Below are positions 1 through 9,533 of a DNA stretch of 64,000 nucleotides, one piece after another (the stretch's first letter is position 1; the number at the start of each line of letters is the position of its first letter). This DNA is from an uncultured bacterium (lineage in GTDB: Bacteria; Verrucomicrobiota; Verrucomicrobiia; Limisphaerales; UBA8199): positions 160,001-224,000 of the forward strand of contig CAVVMW010000014.1 of the NCBI GenBank assembly GCA_963749495.1, in the 5' to 3' direction. The translations under genes were made by a program, and so were the position numbers. The notes beneath the pieces are model-generated. The model was not told the origin of the DNA and ran no database searches. It was given only the letters and a program-made list of their open reading frames with translations.

Positions 1-869
1 AGTTGGATAAGGTTGTCGTAGCGGCCGCCGCCGGCGATGGCGCGAAACTCGCCGCGCGGGTCGAAGGCCTCGAAAACGATGCCCGTATAGTAGGCCAGGC
101 CGCGGATGACGCCATAGTCCACCCGGGCGAACTGCTGCAAGCCGCGCGCCGCCAGGTTATCCAGGATCTGGCCCAGTTGGGCCGTGGGCCTGGCTTGGTC
201 GATGAAGGCCCTGACCTCCTCGAGGGAAAGGCCGAGCGCGGCCAGCTTCGAGCGGCTGGTCTCGGGTTCTTCCCGCTCCAGTTTGTTGATGGCCTGGTAG
301 AAAGAATACTCCGCGCCGGCCTGGCCGTGGTGCTCGAGGAAGAAATCGTGCCAGGCATTCCGGCTGCTCAGCCGCACCACGAAGTCCTCCGCCGTGAGGC
401 CCAGCGCGCGCAAGGCATCGATCAGCAAGGCGATCAGTTCGGCGTCGGCCCCGGGATGGCTCTCGCCGACGATGTCGGCGTTGAACTGGAAATGCTCGCG
501 CAGGCGGCCCTTTTGCTGGCGCTCGTAGCGGAAGAGTTGCGGGAGCGTGAACCACTTGATCGGCTTCTTGTAGCTGCGCTCGTGAGCGGCCAACATCCGG
601 GCCAGCGTGGGCGTCATCTCGGGACGCAACGCGACCTCGCGCTCTCCTTTGTCGCGGAAGTTGTATAATTGGGAGACGATCTCCTCGCCGCTCTTGGTGG
701 TAAACAACTCGAGGGCCTCCAGGGGCGGGCCGTCGTATTCGCGGAACCCGTAAGAGCGGGCGGTGGCGCGCCAGCGCTCGAAAATGAACTGGCGCGCATC
801 TGCGCTCCACAGGCCGGGCTGCGGGAGCGGTTCAGGGTAGAAATCGCGGAAACCGGGCAAACGTTCCAT
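1..869 (-). CDS. hisS: Histidine--tRNA ligase, N-terminal part (runs off window start)
   Basis: My translation of the minus strand from ATG 869 gives MERLPGFRDFYP...YGFREYDGPPLEALELFTTKSGEEIVSQLYNFRDKGEREVALRPEMTPTLARM, the HisRS motif-1/RPEMT signature. Absent from the ORF track because it has no stop in the window. Confidence 0.93.
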   Translation of the reverse strand, partial: MERLPGFRDFYPEPLPQPGLWSADARQFIFERWRATARSYGFREYDGPPLEALELFTTKSGEEIVSQLYNFRDKGEREVALRPEMTPTLARMLAAHERSYKKPIKWFTLPQLFRYERQQKGRLREHFQFNADIVGESHPGADAELIALLIDALRALGLTAEDFVVRLSSRNAWHDFFLEHHGQAGAEYSFYQAINKLEREEPETSRSKLAALGLSLEEVRAFIDQARPTAQLGQILDNLAARGLQQFARVDYGVIRGLAYYTGIVFEAFDPRGEFRAIAGGGRYDNLIQ

Positions 870-883
870 GCGGCGCGCTCCGG

Positions 884-1198
884 CTAACTGGACTGGGCCT
901 TGGGCTTCGGGGAGAGCTTGAGGACCTCGGCGCGCAGTTCCTTGCCAGGCCGGAACCGGACGACCGCCCGCTCCGGGATCGGCACATCGGTGGTCGGCGC
1001 ATTGGGGTTCCGCCCGATCCTGGCCCGGCGCACCTTGATCTCAAAAACCCCGAAGTTCCTCAATTCCACCTTGTCGCCCCGTGCCAGGGCCTCGGCGATG
1101 TAGTTGAGGGTCCTTTGAACGATGCCCATCACATCCAATTGGATGAAACCGGTCTCACTGCTGATCCGCGCCACCAACTCCCGTTTTGTCAGAGTCAT
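884..1198 (-). CDS. HU/IHF family DNA-binding protein
   Basis: MTLTKRELV...VELRNFGVFEIKVRRARIGRNP...IPERAVVRFRPGKEL; start chosen at ATG 1198. Confidence 0.93.
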   Translation of the reverse strand: MTLTKRELVARISSETGFIQLDVMGIVQRTLNYIAEALARGDKVELRNFGVFEIKVRRARIGRNPNAPTTDVPIPERAVVRFRPGKELRAEVLKLSPKPKAQSS

Positions 1199-1280
1199 AA
1201 GTCCTGTGGTACTGGGTGCTGCTTTGCTGTTCGGCTTCCGGTATAACTCGCGTCCTGACAATGGTCAAGGGACGAATTGC

Positions 1281-1308
1281 TGAATGACGAATGACGAATG
1301 ACGAATGA
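1281..1308. repeat. Heptamer tandem repeat (GAATGAC)n
   Basis: tgaatgacgaatgacgaatgacgaatga seen directly. Confidence 0.9.
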
Positions 1309-1344
1309 AAAACCGACCGTGCTGGCGTGGCGGCACCGCCCGAG

Positions 1345-1391
1345 GGCCGTTGACAAAGTCGTAGCGCAGGTTTGGGAATCTGCGCTACGAA
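1345..1391. repeat. Partial REP-like palindrome, family A; overlaps the pyrD stop codon
   Basis: gttgacaaagtcgtagcgcaggtttgggaatctgcgctacga matches the end of the copies at 25134-25330 and 36718-36858. Confidence 0.75.
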
Positions 1392-2299
1392 TCGAGTCGC
1401 ACGCTGCCGACGAGGTTGCGCACGTCGAGGATGCCGCGTTGCTCCATAAAGTCGCGAATGCCGGCAATGACGGCCAGGGCGGTCTGCGGTTCGTAGAAGT
1501 TGGCCGTGCCCACAGCCACGGCGGTGGCGCCAGCCATCATGAACTCGATGGCGTCGTCGGCGCTTTGGATGCCGCCCATGCCGATGATGGGGATTTTGAC
1601 GGCCCTGGCGGCGTCCCAGACCAGCTTGATGGCCAGCGGTTTGATGCACGGCCCCGTCAGACCGCCGGTCACGTTGGCCAGCTTGGGGCGGCCCGTCTGG
1701 ATGTCAATCGCCATGCCTGGGAAGCTGTTGGTGACGGACAACGCGTCGCTGCCGGCCTCTTCGGCGGCGCGGGCAAAAGGTTGGATGCTGGGCACATTGG
1801 GGCTCATCTTGGTGATCAAGGGCAGGGTGGTGGCCTGCCGGCACGCGGCGACAACCTGGCCCAGGAGCTTCGCATCCGTCCCGAACTGCGAGCCGCCCGC
1901 CTTGACATTCGGGCAGGAGACGTTGATTTCCAGGGCACCGACCCCTTCGAGCGCGTCGAAGCGCCGCGCCACCTCGCCATATTCCTGAACCGTAGCGCCC
2001 CAGATGTTGATGATCGTGGGCACCTTCAACCCCCTGAGAAAAGGCCAATACCTCTTGATGAAACCGTCCACCCCCGGTCCTTGCAGGCCGATGGCGTTGA
2101 GCAGGCCGCTGGCGGTCTCGGCCGTGCGCGGCGTCGGATTGCCTGGGACCTGGCCGAGCCGGAGGCCCTTGACGACCACCGCGCCCAGTTGGTTGAGGTC
2201 CAGGAGTTGAGCGTACTCCATGCCGTAGCCAAACGTGCCGGAGGCGACGGTCACCGGGTTTTGCATCCTCAATTTGCCGATCTGGACCGAGAGGTTCAT
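1385..2299 (-). CDS. pyrD: Dihydroorotate dehydrogenase class 1B, catalytic subunit
   Basis: ASGTFGYG, NAIGLQGPG, EINVSCPN, GGLTGPCIKP and GMGGI motifs; follows pyrK. Confidence 0.95.
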   Translation of the reverse strand: MNLSVQIGKLRMQNPVTVASGTFGYGMEYAQLLDLNQLGAVVVKGLRLGQVPGNPTPRTAETASGLLNAIGLQGPGVDGFIKRYWPFLRGLKVPTIINIWGATVQEYGEVARRFDALEGVGALEINVSCPNVKAGGSQFGTDAKLLGQVVAACRQATTLPLITKMSPNVPSIQPFARAAEEAGSDALSVTNSFPGMAIDIQTGRPKLANVTGGLTGPCIKPLAIKLVWDAARAVKIPIIGMGGIQSADDAIEFMMAGATAVAVGTANFYEPQTALAVIAGIRDFMEQRGILDVRNLVGSVRLDS

Positions 2300-3123
2300 G
2301 CGCAGCGAGCCCCTCCCTGGATGCGGTTGGGGTTGTCCCAGAGGATGCGACGGGAATCGAAGACCGGTCCCTCGGTGCAGGTCCGCAGGTATTCCCAGCC
2401 CGATTCAGTCCTGACCGGGATCACACAGGTCAGGCAGACCCCCACGCCGCAGCACATGTGCTCATCCATCGAAAGTTCCGCCGGGACCTCGAACTGCGCC
2501 GCTATGGCCGCTACGGCCTTGAGCATTGGCGTGGGGCCGCAAGCGAAGAGCTTGGCCCCGGCCGAGTCGCGCTTCAGCTCCGCAGCCAGCGGCTGTGTCA
2601 CCAACCCCTTTTCGCCGCCGCTGCCGTCCTCAGTGGTCACGCGCACCGCCCAGCCCAGGGCGCGGAATTGCTCCTCGCACAGGATGTCCGCGCGGCGCCG
2701 CCCGCCCGCGAACACGATTCCCTTTTGCGGCGAGCGCTGCGCCAGCAGGTACAGGGCGGCCATGCCATAGCCGCCCGCCACGAGCAGCGGAGTCTCTTGT
2801 GCGGCCTGCGGCACCGTAAACCCCCGGCCCAGCGGCCCGATGACGCTCAATTCCTGGCCTGGCTGCATCTCGGACAGGACGCGGGTCCCGTTCCCAACGA
2901 CCTTGTAGAGGATCGAGAAGGTCTCGCCCTCCGCCTCGAAGATGCTGAAGGGCCGCCGCAGCAGGGCTTGCCGGAGCGGGAGGATGCGCACGTGAGCAAA
3001 CTGTCCCGGCTGGACCAGCGAGGCAATCCGGGGCGCGCGCACGGCCAGCCGGAAGTAAAGCTCGGTGTCGCGCTCGTTGGAAACGATCCGGACTGTCTGC
3101 TCAACCATCATCGGTTCCAGCAT
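2296..3123 (-). CDS. pyrK: Dihydroorotate dehydrogenase electron transfer subunit
   Basis: PGQF, RRPFSI, GPLGRGF, GGYG, ACGPTPM and the CCGVGVCLTC...CTEGPVF 2Fe-2S motif; start approximate. Confidence 0.93.
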   Translation of the reverse strand: MLEPMMVEQTVRIVSNERDTELYFRLAVRAPRIASLVQPGQFAHVRILPLRQALLRRPFSIFEAEGETFSILYKVVGNGTRVLSEMQPGQELSVIGPLGRGFTVPQAAQETPLLVAGGYGMAALYLLAQRSPQKGIVFAGGRRRADILCEEQFRALGWAVRVTTEDGSGGEKGLVTQPLAAELKRDSAGAKLFACGPTPMLKAVAAIAAQFEVPAELSMDEHMCCGVGVCLTCVIPVRTESGWEYLRTCTEGPVFDSRRILWDNPNRIQGGARCA

Positions 3124-3267
3124 GGTTGCCGCTAGGGGGGCTGTCAATGGCCGGCACGGGCAAGGGACAAAAGCGACACAAGGGACATAAGGGACGCGAT
3201 GGCATCGCCCGGCCCGTGACAAAACGCTGGACTGGCGCGATGTGCTCCATAGACTGCCGGCATAATT

Positions 3268-5436
3268 ATGGCCAAAGTACCTCCCGCCGCTCCGCCCCTC
3301 CGCCACACCGCCATGCTGCAGGCTCCAGGTAAGGCCACTTTAGCCTTTAGCCTTCGGCCTTTAGCCTTTCTTCTTCTGGCGCTGTGCGCGCGGGGGGACG
3401 AGGGGATGTGGCTCTACAATCGCCCTCCCCGCAACCTGGTCCGGGAGAAGTACGGGTTCGAGCTGACGGACGCGTGGTTGGAGCATCTCCAGCAGTCTTC
3501 GGTGCGGATGGGCGCCTCGGCGGCGTTTGTCTCCCAGGACGGGCTCATTCTCTCGAACCACCACGTCGGCTCCGGCGCTTTGCAACGTCTCAGCTCCAAG
3601 GAGCACAATTACCTGCGGGACGGGTTCTATGCCCGGACCCGCGCCGAGGAGAAGATGTGCCCGGGGCTGGAGGTCAGCGTGCTCAAGGAGATCGAGGACG
3701 TTACAGCAGGGGTCAACGCGGCCGTGCAGCCGGGGATGTCGGACGAGGCGGCGTTTGGCGCCCGGCGGGCGGCCATTGCGGCCATCGAGAAAGAGTCGCA
3801 GGACAAGACTGGTTTGAAAAGTGAGGTGGTCACGCTTTACCAGGGCGCGGAGTACCATCTCTACCGCTACAAGAGGTACACCGACATCCGGCTGGTGTTT
3901 GCGCCCGAGGAACAGATCGCCTTCTATGGGGGCGACCCGGACAATTTCGAGTATCCCCGGTTCGACCTGGACATCTGCCTGTTCCGCGCCTACGAGCAGG
4001 GGCGGCCCGCCAAGGTCGGGCATTACCTCAAGTGGAGCCGGAGCGGGCCCACAGACCATGAGTTGGTGTTTGTGTCGGGCCATCCGGCACGGACGGACCG
4101 TTTCCGGACGGTGTCGGAGCTGGAGTATCAACGGGACCGGGAGTTCCCCAGGAGCCTGGAGCGGCTCAAGCGGCTGGAGGTCTTGCTCGGGGCTTACAGC
4201 GAGCGCAGCGCCGAGAACGCCCGCCGCGCCCGCAACGATTTGTTCGGCGTGCGCAACTCGCGCAAGGCGCGCGATGGCGCCCTGGCCGGGTTGCTCGACC
4301 CCAAGCTCATGGAGAGCAAGCGGGCGGCCCAGGAGAAGCTGCGCGCTTCGGTCAAGGCGATGGCGGAGCACCCGGATCGGGCTGGAAACGCGGCGAATTT
4401 CGTCCCGGCGCAGGTCCTGCAGGTCTGGGACCGGATTGCGCAGGCGCAGAAGGGCATCGGCGACTGCGCCGTCGAGTATGACCTGCTCGAACGAGGCACC
4501 GGCTTCAACACCATGTTGTTCCGCTACGCCCGCTCCCTGCTGCGTGCCGGCGCCGAGGGGGCCAAGCCGGACGGCCAGCGCCTCGAGGAATATCGCGAGA
4601 CAGTCCGCGCCTCTTTCGAGCATGGACTCTTCGCCGAGAACCCGGTCTATGAAGACCTCGAGACTCTCAAGCTGGCCGATTCGCTGACCTGGCTCATCGA
4701 GGAGCTCGGCTGCGAGCATCCATTGGTGCAGAGGGTCCTGGCGGGCAAGTCGCCGCAAGAACGCGCCGGCGAGGCGGTGCGCGGCACCAGGCTCGGCTCG
4801 GCGGCCACACGCCGCCAATGGTATGAGGGCGGTCCTCAGGCGCTCGAACAGGCCCGCGACCCGATGATCGAACTGGCGCGGCTGGTCGATCCGGAGGCGC
4901 GCGCTGTCCGCAAAGAGACAGAGGCGCGGCAGGAAGCCATTCGCCAGGCCCATGCCCTGATCGGCAAGGCCCGCTATGGCCTTGCCGGGCCGGACCAATA
5001 CCCCGACGCCACCGGGACGCTGCGCCTGTCTTATGGCATCGTGGCCGGTTACCAGGAAGAGGGCCGCGGCATCCCATCCGAAACGACCTTCGCTGGCCTT
5101 TACCAGCGCGCGGCCGGCCAGCACTACCGGCCGCCCTTCGATCTGCCGCCACGCTGGCTGGCCAGGCAGAACAAGTTGAACCGGGCCACGCCCTTGAATC
5201 TTGTCTGCACCGCCGACATCATCGGCGGCAACTCCGGAAGCCCGGTCGTCAATGCCCGGGGCGAATTTGTCGGGGTCATCTTCGACGGCAACATCCAGTC
5301 GCTGGTGACCGACTTCATCTACACCGAAGACCAGGCGCGAGCCGTGTGCGTCCACTCCAGCGCAATCCTCGAGGCCCTGCGCAAGGTGTATGATGCGGGG
5401 GCGCTCGCGCAGGAGTTGGCGGGGGGGCGCTGGTGA
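3268..5436 (+). CDS. S46 family dipeptidyl peptidase (DPP7/DPP11-like)
   Basis: Signal peptide then DEGMW, SNHHV, YGGDPDNFEYPR, PDATGTLRLSYG, DIIGGNSGSP, FDGN; start may be 3313. Confidence 0.92.
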   Translation: MAKVPPAAPPLRHTAMLQAPGKATLAFSLRPLAFLLLALCARGDEGMWLYNRPPRNLVREKYGFELTDAWLEHLQQSSVRMGASAAFVSQDGLILSNHHVGSGALQRLSSKEHNYLRDGFYARTRAEEKMCPGLEVSVLKEIEDVTAGVNAAVQPGMSDEAAFGARRAAIAAIEKESQDKTGLKSEVVTLYQGAEYHLYRYKRYTDIRLVFAPEEQIAFYGGDPDNFEYPRFDLDICLFRAYEQGRPAKVGHYLKWSRSGPTDHELVFVSGHPARTDRFRTVSELEYQRDREFPRSLERLKRLEVLLGAYSERSAENARRARNDLFGVRNSRKARDGALAGLLDPKLMESKRAAQEKLRASVKAMAEHPDRAGNAANFVPAQVLQVWDRIAQAQKGIGDCAVEYDLLERGTGFNTMLFRYARSLLRAGAEGAKPDGQRLEEYRETVRASFEHGLFAENPVYEDLETLKLADSLTWLIEELGCEHPLVQRVLAGKSPQERAGEAVRGTRLGSAATRRQWYEGGPQALEQARDPMIELARLVDPEARAVRKETEARQEAIRQAHALIGKARYGLAGPDQYPDATGTLRLSYGIVAGYQEEGRGIPSETTFAGLYQRAAGQHYRPPFDLPPRWLARQNKLNRATPLNLVCTADIIGGNSGSPVVNARGEFVGVIFDGNIQSLVTDFIYTEDQARAVCVHSSAILEALRKVYDAGALAQELAGGRW

Positions 5437-5446
5437 AGAGCGGAGG

Positions 5447-5478
5447 GCGGAATGACGAATGACGAATGACGAATGACG
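5447..5478. repeat. Heptamer tandem repeat (GAATGAC)n
   Basis: gcggaatgacgaatgacgaatgacgaatgacg. Confidence 0.9.
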
Positions 5479-5799
5479 GCTATCGAGGACATAGGGGCGA
5501 GACGGAGGTCAATCTCCGACGTGGCGAAGCGGCTCCAGAAGCCTCGATTCGACAGGGTCGTGCAGCAGGTGATGAAGCTATTGCGGCCAGGACACTATTG
5601 ACCTGGGAACGAGCTTGTTCGCCGCAAAGACGCGGCATTAGCGTTGTTCGCGGTCGAATGTGCTCGAAAGCCAGGCTTTGGCTGGGTAATAACGGCTCCG
5701 AAGCTCCAAAGTGGGTGCGAAAGATTCGGGTTCTCCAAATGCGTATCTTTCCAGTAATCATTCAACACCCCTGCTGTCCATGGGCGAAGACCAGGGGCC

Positions 5800-5995
5800 A
5801 ATGGTGCACCGGACAGTGGCCAGACGCCCGAGTCGGTCATAACCGTAGCTCAAGGCCGGGGTGGAGTCGGAGTAGGCAACGCCGCTCAGTTCGCCGGCGA
5901 TGTCGTAGGTGTACGTCGTAGTGACGCCGCGGGCCCAGGTGCGGGACTCAAGGCGGCCCGCGGGGGTGTAAGTGTAAAGCGGGCCGGCCAAACCG
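5800..5995 (-). pseudogene. RHS/YD-repeat fragment
   Basis: GPLYTYTPAGRLESRTWARGVTTTYTYDIAGELSGVAYSDSTPALSYGYDRLGRLATV, embedded in otherwise non-RHS sequence. Confidence 0.8.
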
Positions 5996-6136
5996 TTGTT
6001 GGAGGTGTGCTGGTGAGCCACCTCCGGACGATGGCACGATACTAGGGACCCCTTTTCAGTCCAAAGTCCACAGTCCTCAGCCCGGCAAGCGCGCGGCTGG
6101 GCACAGAATCCATAGCCTGGCAGGCGCGCGGGGCAC

Positions 6137-6169
6137 AAAAAAGCCTCAACCCGCCAAGGGGGTTGAGGC
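6137..6169 (-). terminator. Probable Rho-independent terminator downstream of the Sel1 gene
   Basis: Minus strand has a 10-bp GCCTCAACCC/GGGTTGAGGC stem followed by TTTTTT. Confidence 0.7.
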
Positions 6170-6211
6170 GCGGACATCCTGGATCAAGCGAGCGGCCTTG
6201 TCAAGAGCCGC

Positions 6212-6976
6212 TCATCGGGGCGCTGATTGCTCCAGCAGCGCCTTCAGGGCTTGCTCGGCCTCCTTGTCGCCGTGGGCCGCCGCCTTCTGCAGCCATAGGC
6301 GCGCCTGGGCGAGGTCCTGCGCCACGCCCTTGCCGTCGCGATACATTTCGCCCACGCGGCGCTCGGCGAATGCGGAGCCGTCCGCCGTTTGTTCCATGTA
6401 AAACCGGAACACGGCGGGCGCTTGGGCTCGGACCCGCTCTTCGCGCTTTTTGCGTGCCTCGGCGATCTGCTCCGCGGTGCGGGCCACGGGGGCCGGCGGC
6501 TTGACTATCTCGCCAAAGTCAAATTTCGGGATCGTGCGCCGGCTGCTGGCGACGGTCGGATAGCTATACATCCCGGCGCGCCTGGCAGCGTAGAAATTCG
6601 TACGTTCGAGATGCTGGCCGTCGGCCACCGGGAACGGGAAATTGGCGACCCAGAAATCGCGGCCCTCGCCGTTGGTCTCGCCCAGGAGCGTGTAGAAGGC
6701 CCCATCCACGCGGATGCCGGAAGAGGAAACGTCCACGACTTTGCCCTCGAACTGATACCAGCCTGGCGCCAGGACGCTCTCCGTAAGGCCATCGACAACG
6801 CGCCAAAGGCTTTCACGGAGCGCCGCCCGCATCTTGCGCTGCCTGTCCATCTGCTCCATGGATCGGATCACATCGGGCTCCGGCCTGTCGGACGGATACG
6901 AAAAACCGGTCCCAGCCTGGACGATGGAGGGTGCCAGCCCCGACAGGGCCAACATGACGCCTAAAACAATCTTCAT
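6212..6976 (-). CDS. Secreted protein with a C-terminal Sel1-like repeat
   Basis: Signal-like MKIVLGVMLALSGLAPSIVQA; C-terminus AERRVGEMYRDGKGVAQDLAQARLWLQKAAAHG. Confidence 0.8.
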   Translation of the reverse strand: MKIVLGVMLALSGLAPSIVQAGTGFSYPSDRPEPDVIRSMEQMDRQRKMRAALRESLWRVVDGLTESVLAPGWYQFEGKVVDVSSSGIRVDGAFYTLLGETNGEGRDFWVANFPFPVADGQHLERTNFYAARRAGMYSYPTVASSRRTIPKFDFGEIVKPPAPVARTAEQIAEARKKREERVRAQAPAVFRFYMEQTADGSAFAERRVGEMYRDGKGVAQDLAQARLWLQKAAAHGDKEAEQALKALLEQSAPR

Positions 6977-7034
6977 GGTCTTCGCATTCTTGACCGGTTG
7001 GACGGCATCTGTCCCACCACTGGGGTTACTGATA

Positions 7035-7175
7035 CTGATAAGAAATTCCTTTTTGGGGTGCGCGCATGTACTCAGCGCTGCGCGGGTCAGGGAGAAGTGG
7101 TTTTGGGTCTCACTGAGCATGCCGACACCGTGCGAGACGGCGGCCGGGGTGTCAAGCGCCATTTTTTGCCGGGTT
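7035..7175 (-). repeat. Diverged copy of the putative IS91-like element end (see 12214-12355), containing a TTGACA promoter motif
   Basis: ctgataagaaattccttttt...gctgcgcgggtcagggagaagtggttt...ggggtgtcaagcgcc aligns with 12214-12355. Confidence 0.7.
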
Positions 7176-7198
7176 TCTGCGCGTCTTGGGCCAGCGCG

Positions 7199-7541
7199 GA
7201 AAAGGGTCAAACTATAACTTTTCACTTTATGTCGGCTTGGGGCTCGATTTTGCCGGCTACGTACACGGCTCCCGGACACTGGACCCGCGGTCGGCGCGTG
7301 GCATTGACCATCGTGCCAACCACTCCGCCGGCTGTCACTGTGGAAAGAAAAGGGTCAAACTATAACTTTTCACTTTATGTCGGCTTGGGGCTCGATTTTG
7401 CCGGCTACGTACACGGCTCCCGGACACTGGACCCGCGGTCGGCGCGTGGCATTGACCATCGTGCCAACCACTCCGCCGGCTGTCACTGTGGGAAAAGTAA
7501 AGGTTTGACCCAGTCCATGTGGGAAAAGTTAAGGTTGACCC
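7199..7541. repeat. 148-bp tandem duplication (7199-7346, 7347-7491) of a unit bounded by imperfect inverted repeats; MITE/REP-like
   Basis: Identical copies. Left end gggtcaaactataacttttcac pairs with right end gggaaaagtaaaggtttgaccc (7490-7511); a further copy lies at 7519-7541. Confidence 0.85.
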
Positions 7542-7746
7542 CTTCCACGATCAGCCACGCCTGGCCTCGCACCCACACCGTAAAGTCGGCTCTCGTTTCC
7601 GTCCAAACAGTGTTCGGCTCCTGAAATACCCTTTCGTCGATCACGCCTTCAACTTCGTATTCCTGCGCTGCGACAAGGCGAGTGCAAGCGGGCGATGCAA
7701 GCAGCGCGGCACCGCAAAGGCTGATTTGTGAGAGCGCCAAGCGCAT
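7483..7746 (-). pseudogene. Truncated secreted hypothetical protein; 3' end replaced by repeat sequence
   Basis: Signal-like N-terminus overlapping the upstream stop; the last ~20 codons come from the inverted-repeat element. Confidence 0.55.
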
Positions 7747-8654
7747 CAGCCCGCAGCCCGTTGGGTTATTCGGCTCACAAAGAGAGCCACTGGGCTTAGG
7801 AGCCCAAAAGTGTGGCCGTCCGCGCCGGATTCGCGGCGCGCCTCAGCCGCCGGCAGCCCCGTGATGGAAAGGCCCAGAGGACTGCCCCCTCGCGGGCTGG
7901 CCTCGGAAGACTTCGATGGCTTACTTGAGGCGTTCACCTTGTCTATCAATCCCTTCAGAACCGCAGGGTCCAGCTTCAGCGTTCTCCCTTCGGCGGAAAT
8001 CTCTTCACTGAACGGCGTGGCACGGTACAGGCCTACCACAGCCTCCTCGAACCGCCCGCGCCAATCAATCAACGCGTTCGCCGCGATTGCTTTGTCGTGG
8101 GCGATCATTTGCTCCTCGTGCCTGGCAACCATCGCTCGATACGCCGGGTCGTTGGTACTGACAACGAGAAGGGTGAAACCACCAACTTGAGGAACTTCCT
8201 GCTTTTGGAACACCTTCATCTGGCTCATCACCAGTGACAATCCCTTAAGATTCGCAATCAAGGCCCGCTTTCTCAAGACCGCCTCCTCCCGCAGGCTCAG
8301 CCCACGGGAAATCTCCACCTGCAGGGCTTCTCCCAATGCCGCGTAGGCACGGCATGCGTCGTCCGTTGCAAGCGGATGCCTGAGTGCCTCCTCGGCATTC
8401 CTAACGATGCCGTCAGGTGCATCCCATCGAAATCCCCTGTGCAACGCCAACGCCAGGTAAGCCCTGCCGGTCGCCGCGGGAGAATTGGTGTGCTCGTCCA
8501 GGAACGCGTTGCATCGCTCTTGAGCCAGTTCCACACTGCCGGCAAACCGTATCGCAAGCAACCCTCGTTCAAGCCTTTCGTCGGACTTGGCAGCGCACAA
8601 AGACAAGCATATTCCTATTGCAAGCACCGATAAAGTTGCACGTTCCAAATCCAT
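7746..8654 (-). CDS. Hypothetical secreted, alpha-helical protein
   Basis: 302-aa ORF with hydrophobic N-terminus LSVLAIGICLSLCAA; lower GC than core genes. Confidence 0.6.
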   Translation of the reverse strand: MDLERATLSVLAIGICLSLCAAKSDERLERGLLAIRFAGSVELAQERCNAFLDEHTNSPAATGRAYLALALHRGFRWDAPDGIVRNAEEALRHPLATDDACRAYAALGEALQVEISRGLSLREEAVLRKRALIANLKGLSLVMSQMKVFQKQEVPQVGGFTLLVVSTNDPAYRAMVARHEEQMIAHDKAIAANALIDWRGRFEEAVVGLYRATPFSEEISAEGRTLKLDPAVLKGLIDKVNASSKPSKSSEASPRGGSPLGLSITGLPAAEARRESGADGHTFGLLSPVALFVSRITQRAAG

Positions 8655-8792
8655 TGACTTTAGTGTCAGCGGCGGCGGGAACGCGGATGAAAAGCGCCGG
8701 TTCCAAAATCTGAGCGGGCGGAGGGTCGAAAAGCAAACAACCGGCAGCTTCTGCTGCCGGTTTTGCGACGGAACTGATAGTGGAGAACCGGA

Positions 8793-9533
8793 TCACGTTT
8801 GGATTTGGTCTTTCATGCGAAAGCTGGTGCCTTCGACGACGACCGTCTCGGCGTGATGGAGGAGCCGATCCAGGACGGCGGAGGCCAGCGTGGCGTCATT
8901 GTTGAAGATGCTGGCCCACTGTTTGAAGGGTTTGTTGGTAGTCACCACGATGGAACCGCGCTCGTAGCGCTGGCTGATAACCTGGAAGAGCAGGTCGGCG
9001 CCATGCTGGTCGATGGGCAGGTAGCCGATCTCATCCAAGATCAACAGCCGGGGACGGAGGTATTTGCGGAGTTCACTTTTGAGGCGGCTGCTTTTCTGGG
9101 CGGCGCTGAGTTGGTTGATGACATTGATGGCGTTGGCAAAGAGAACCGAGTGGCCCTCCAGACAGGCCGCGTAGCCGAGGGCGGTGGCCAAGTGGGTCTT
9201 GCCCAAGCCAACGTTGCCCAGGAAGATGGCGTTGGCGTTCTGTTCCAGGAACTGCAGGCGAAAGAGGTTCTGCACCTGGAGCCGATTGATTTTCTTAAGC
9301 CAATCCCACTGGAACTGTTCGAGGGTCTTGATGACCGGAAAGCGCGCGGCCTTCACGTGCAGGGCCACGGCGCGCTCCCGGCGCTGCTGGTATTGGCCGT
9401 CGATGAGCCGGGCCAGGTATTCGGCGTGAGTCCAGGGCTGCCGGGCAGCCTGCTGGGCCAGGTCGTCGTATTGCGCCTTCAGGAAAGGCAGTTTGAGGTA
9501 GTCGAGTTGCTGAGCCAGGAGGGAGGGGTTCAT
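8793..9533 (-). CDS. istB: IS21 helper AAA+ ATPase
   Basis: GNVGLGKTHL Walker A, LLILDEIGY Walker B, AVLDRLLHH, SFR. Confidence 0.95.
   Translation of the reverse strand: MNPSLLAQQLDYLKLPFLKAQYDDLAQQAARQPWTHAEYLARLIDGQYQQRRERAVALHVKAARFPVIKTLEQFQWDWLKKINRLQVQNLFRLQFLEQNANAIFLGNVGLGKTHLATALGYAACLEGHSVLFANAINVINQLSAAQKSSRLKSELRKYLRPRLLILDEIGYLPIDQHGADLLFQVISQRYERGSIVVTTNKPFKQWASIFNNDATLASAVLDRLLHHAETVVVEGTSFRMKDQIQT

Noticed and set aside
3..668. 221-aa plus-strand ORF
   Set aside because: Antisense shadow of hisS
7199..7491. Possible CRISPR array
   Set aside because: Two identical 148-bp units, no unique spacers, no cas genes
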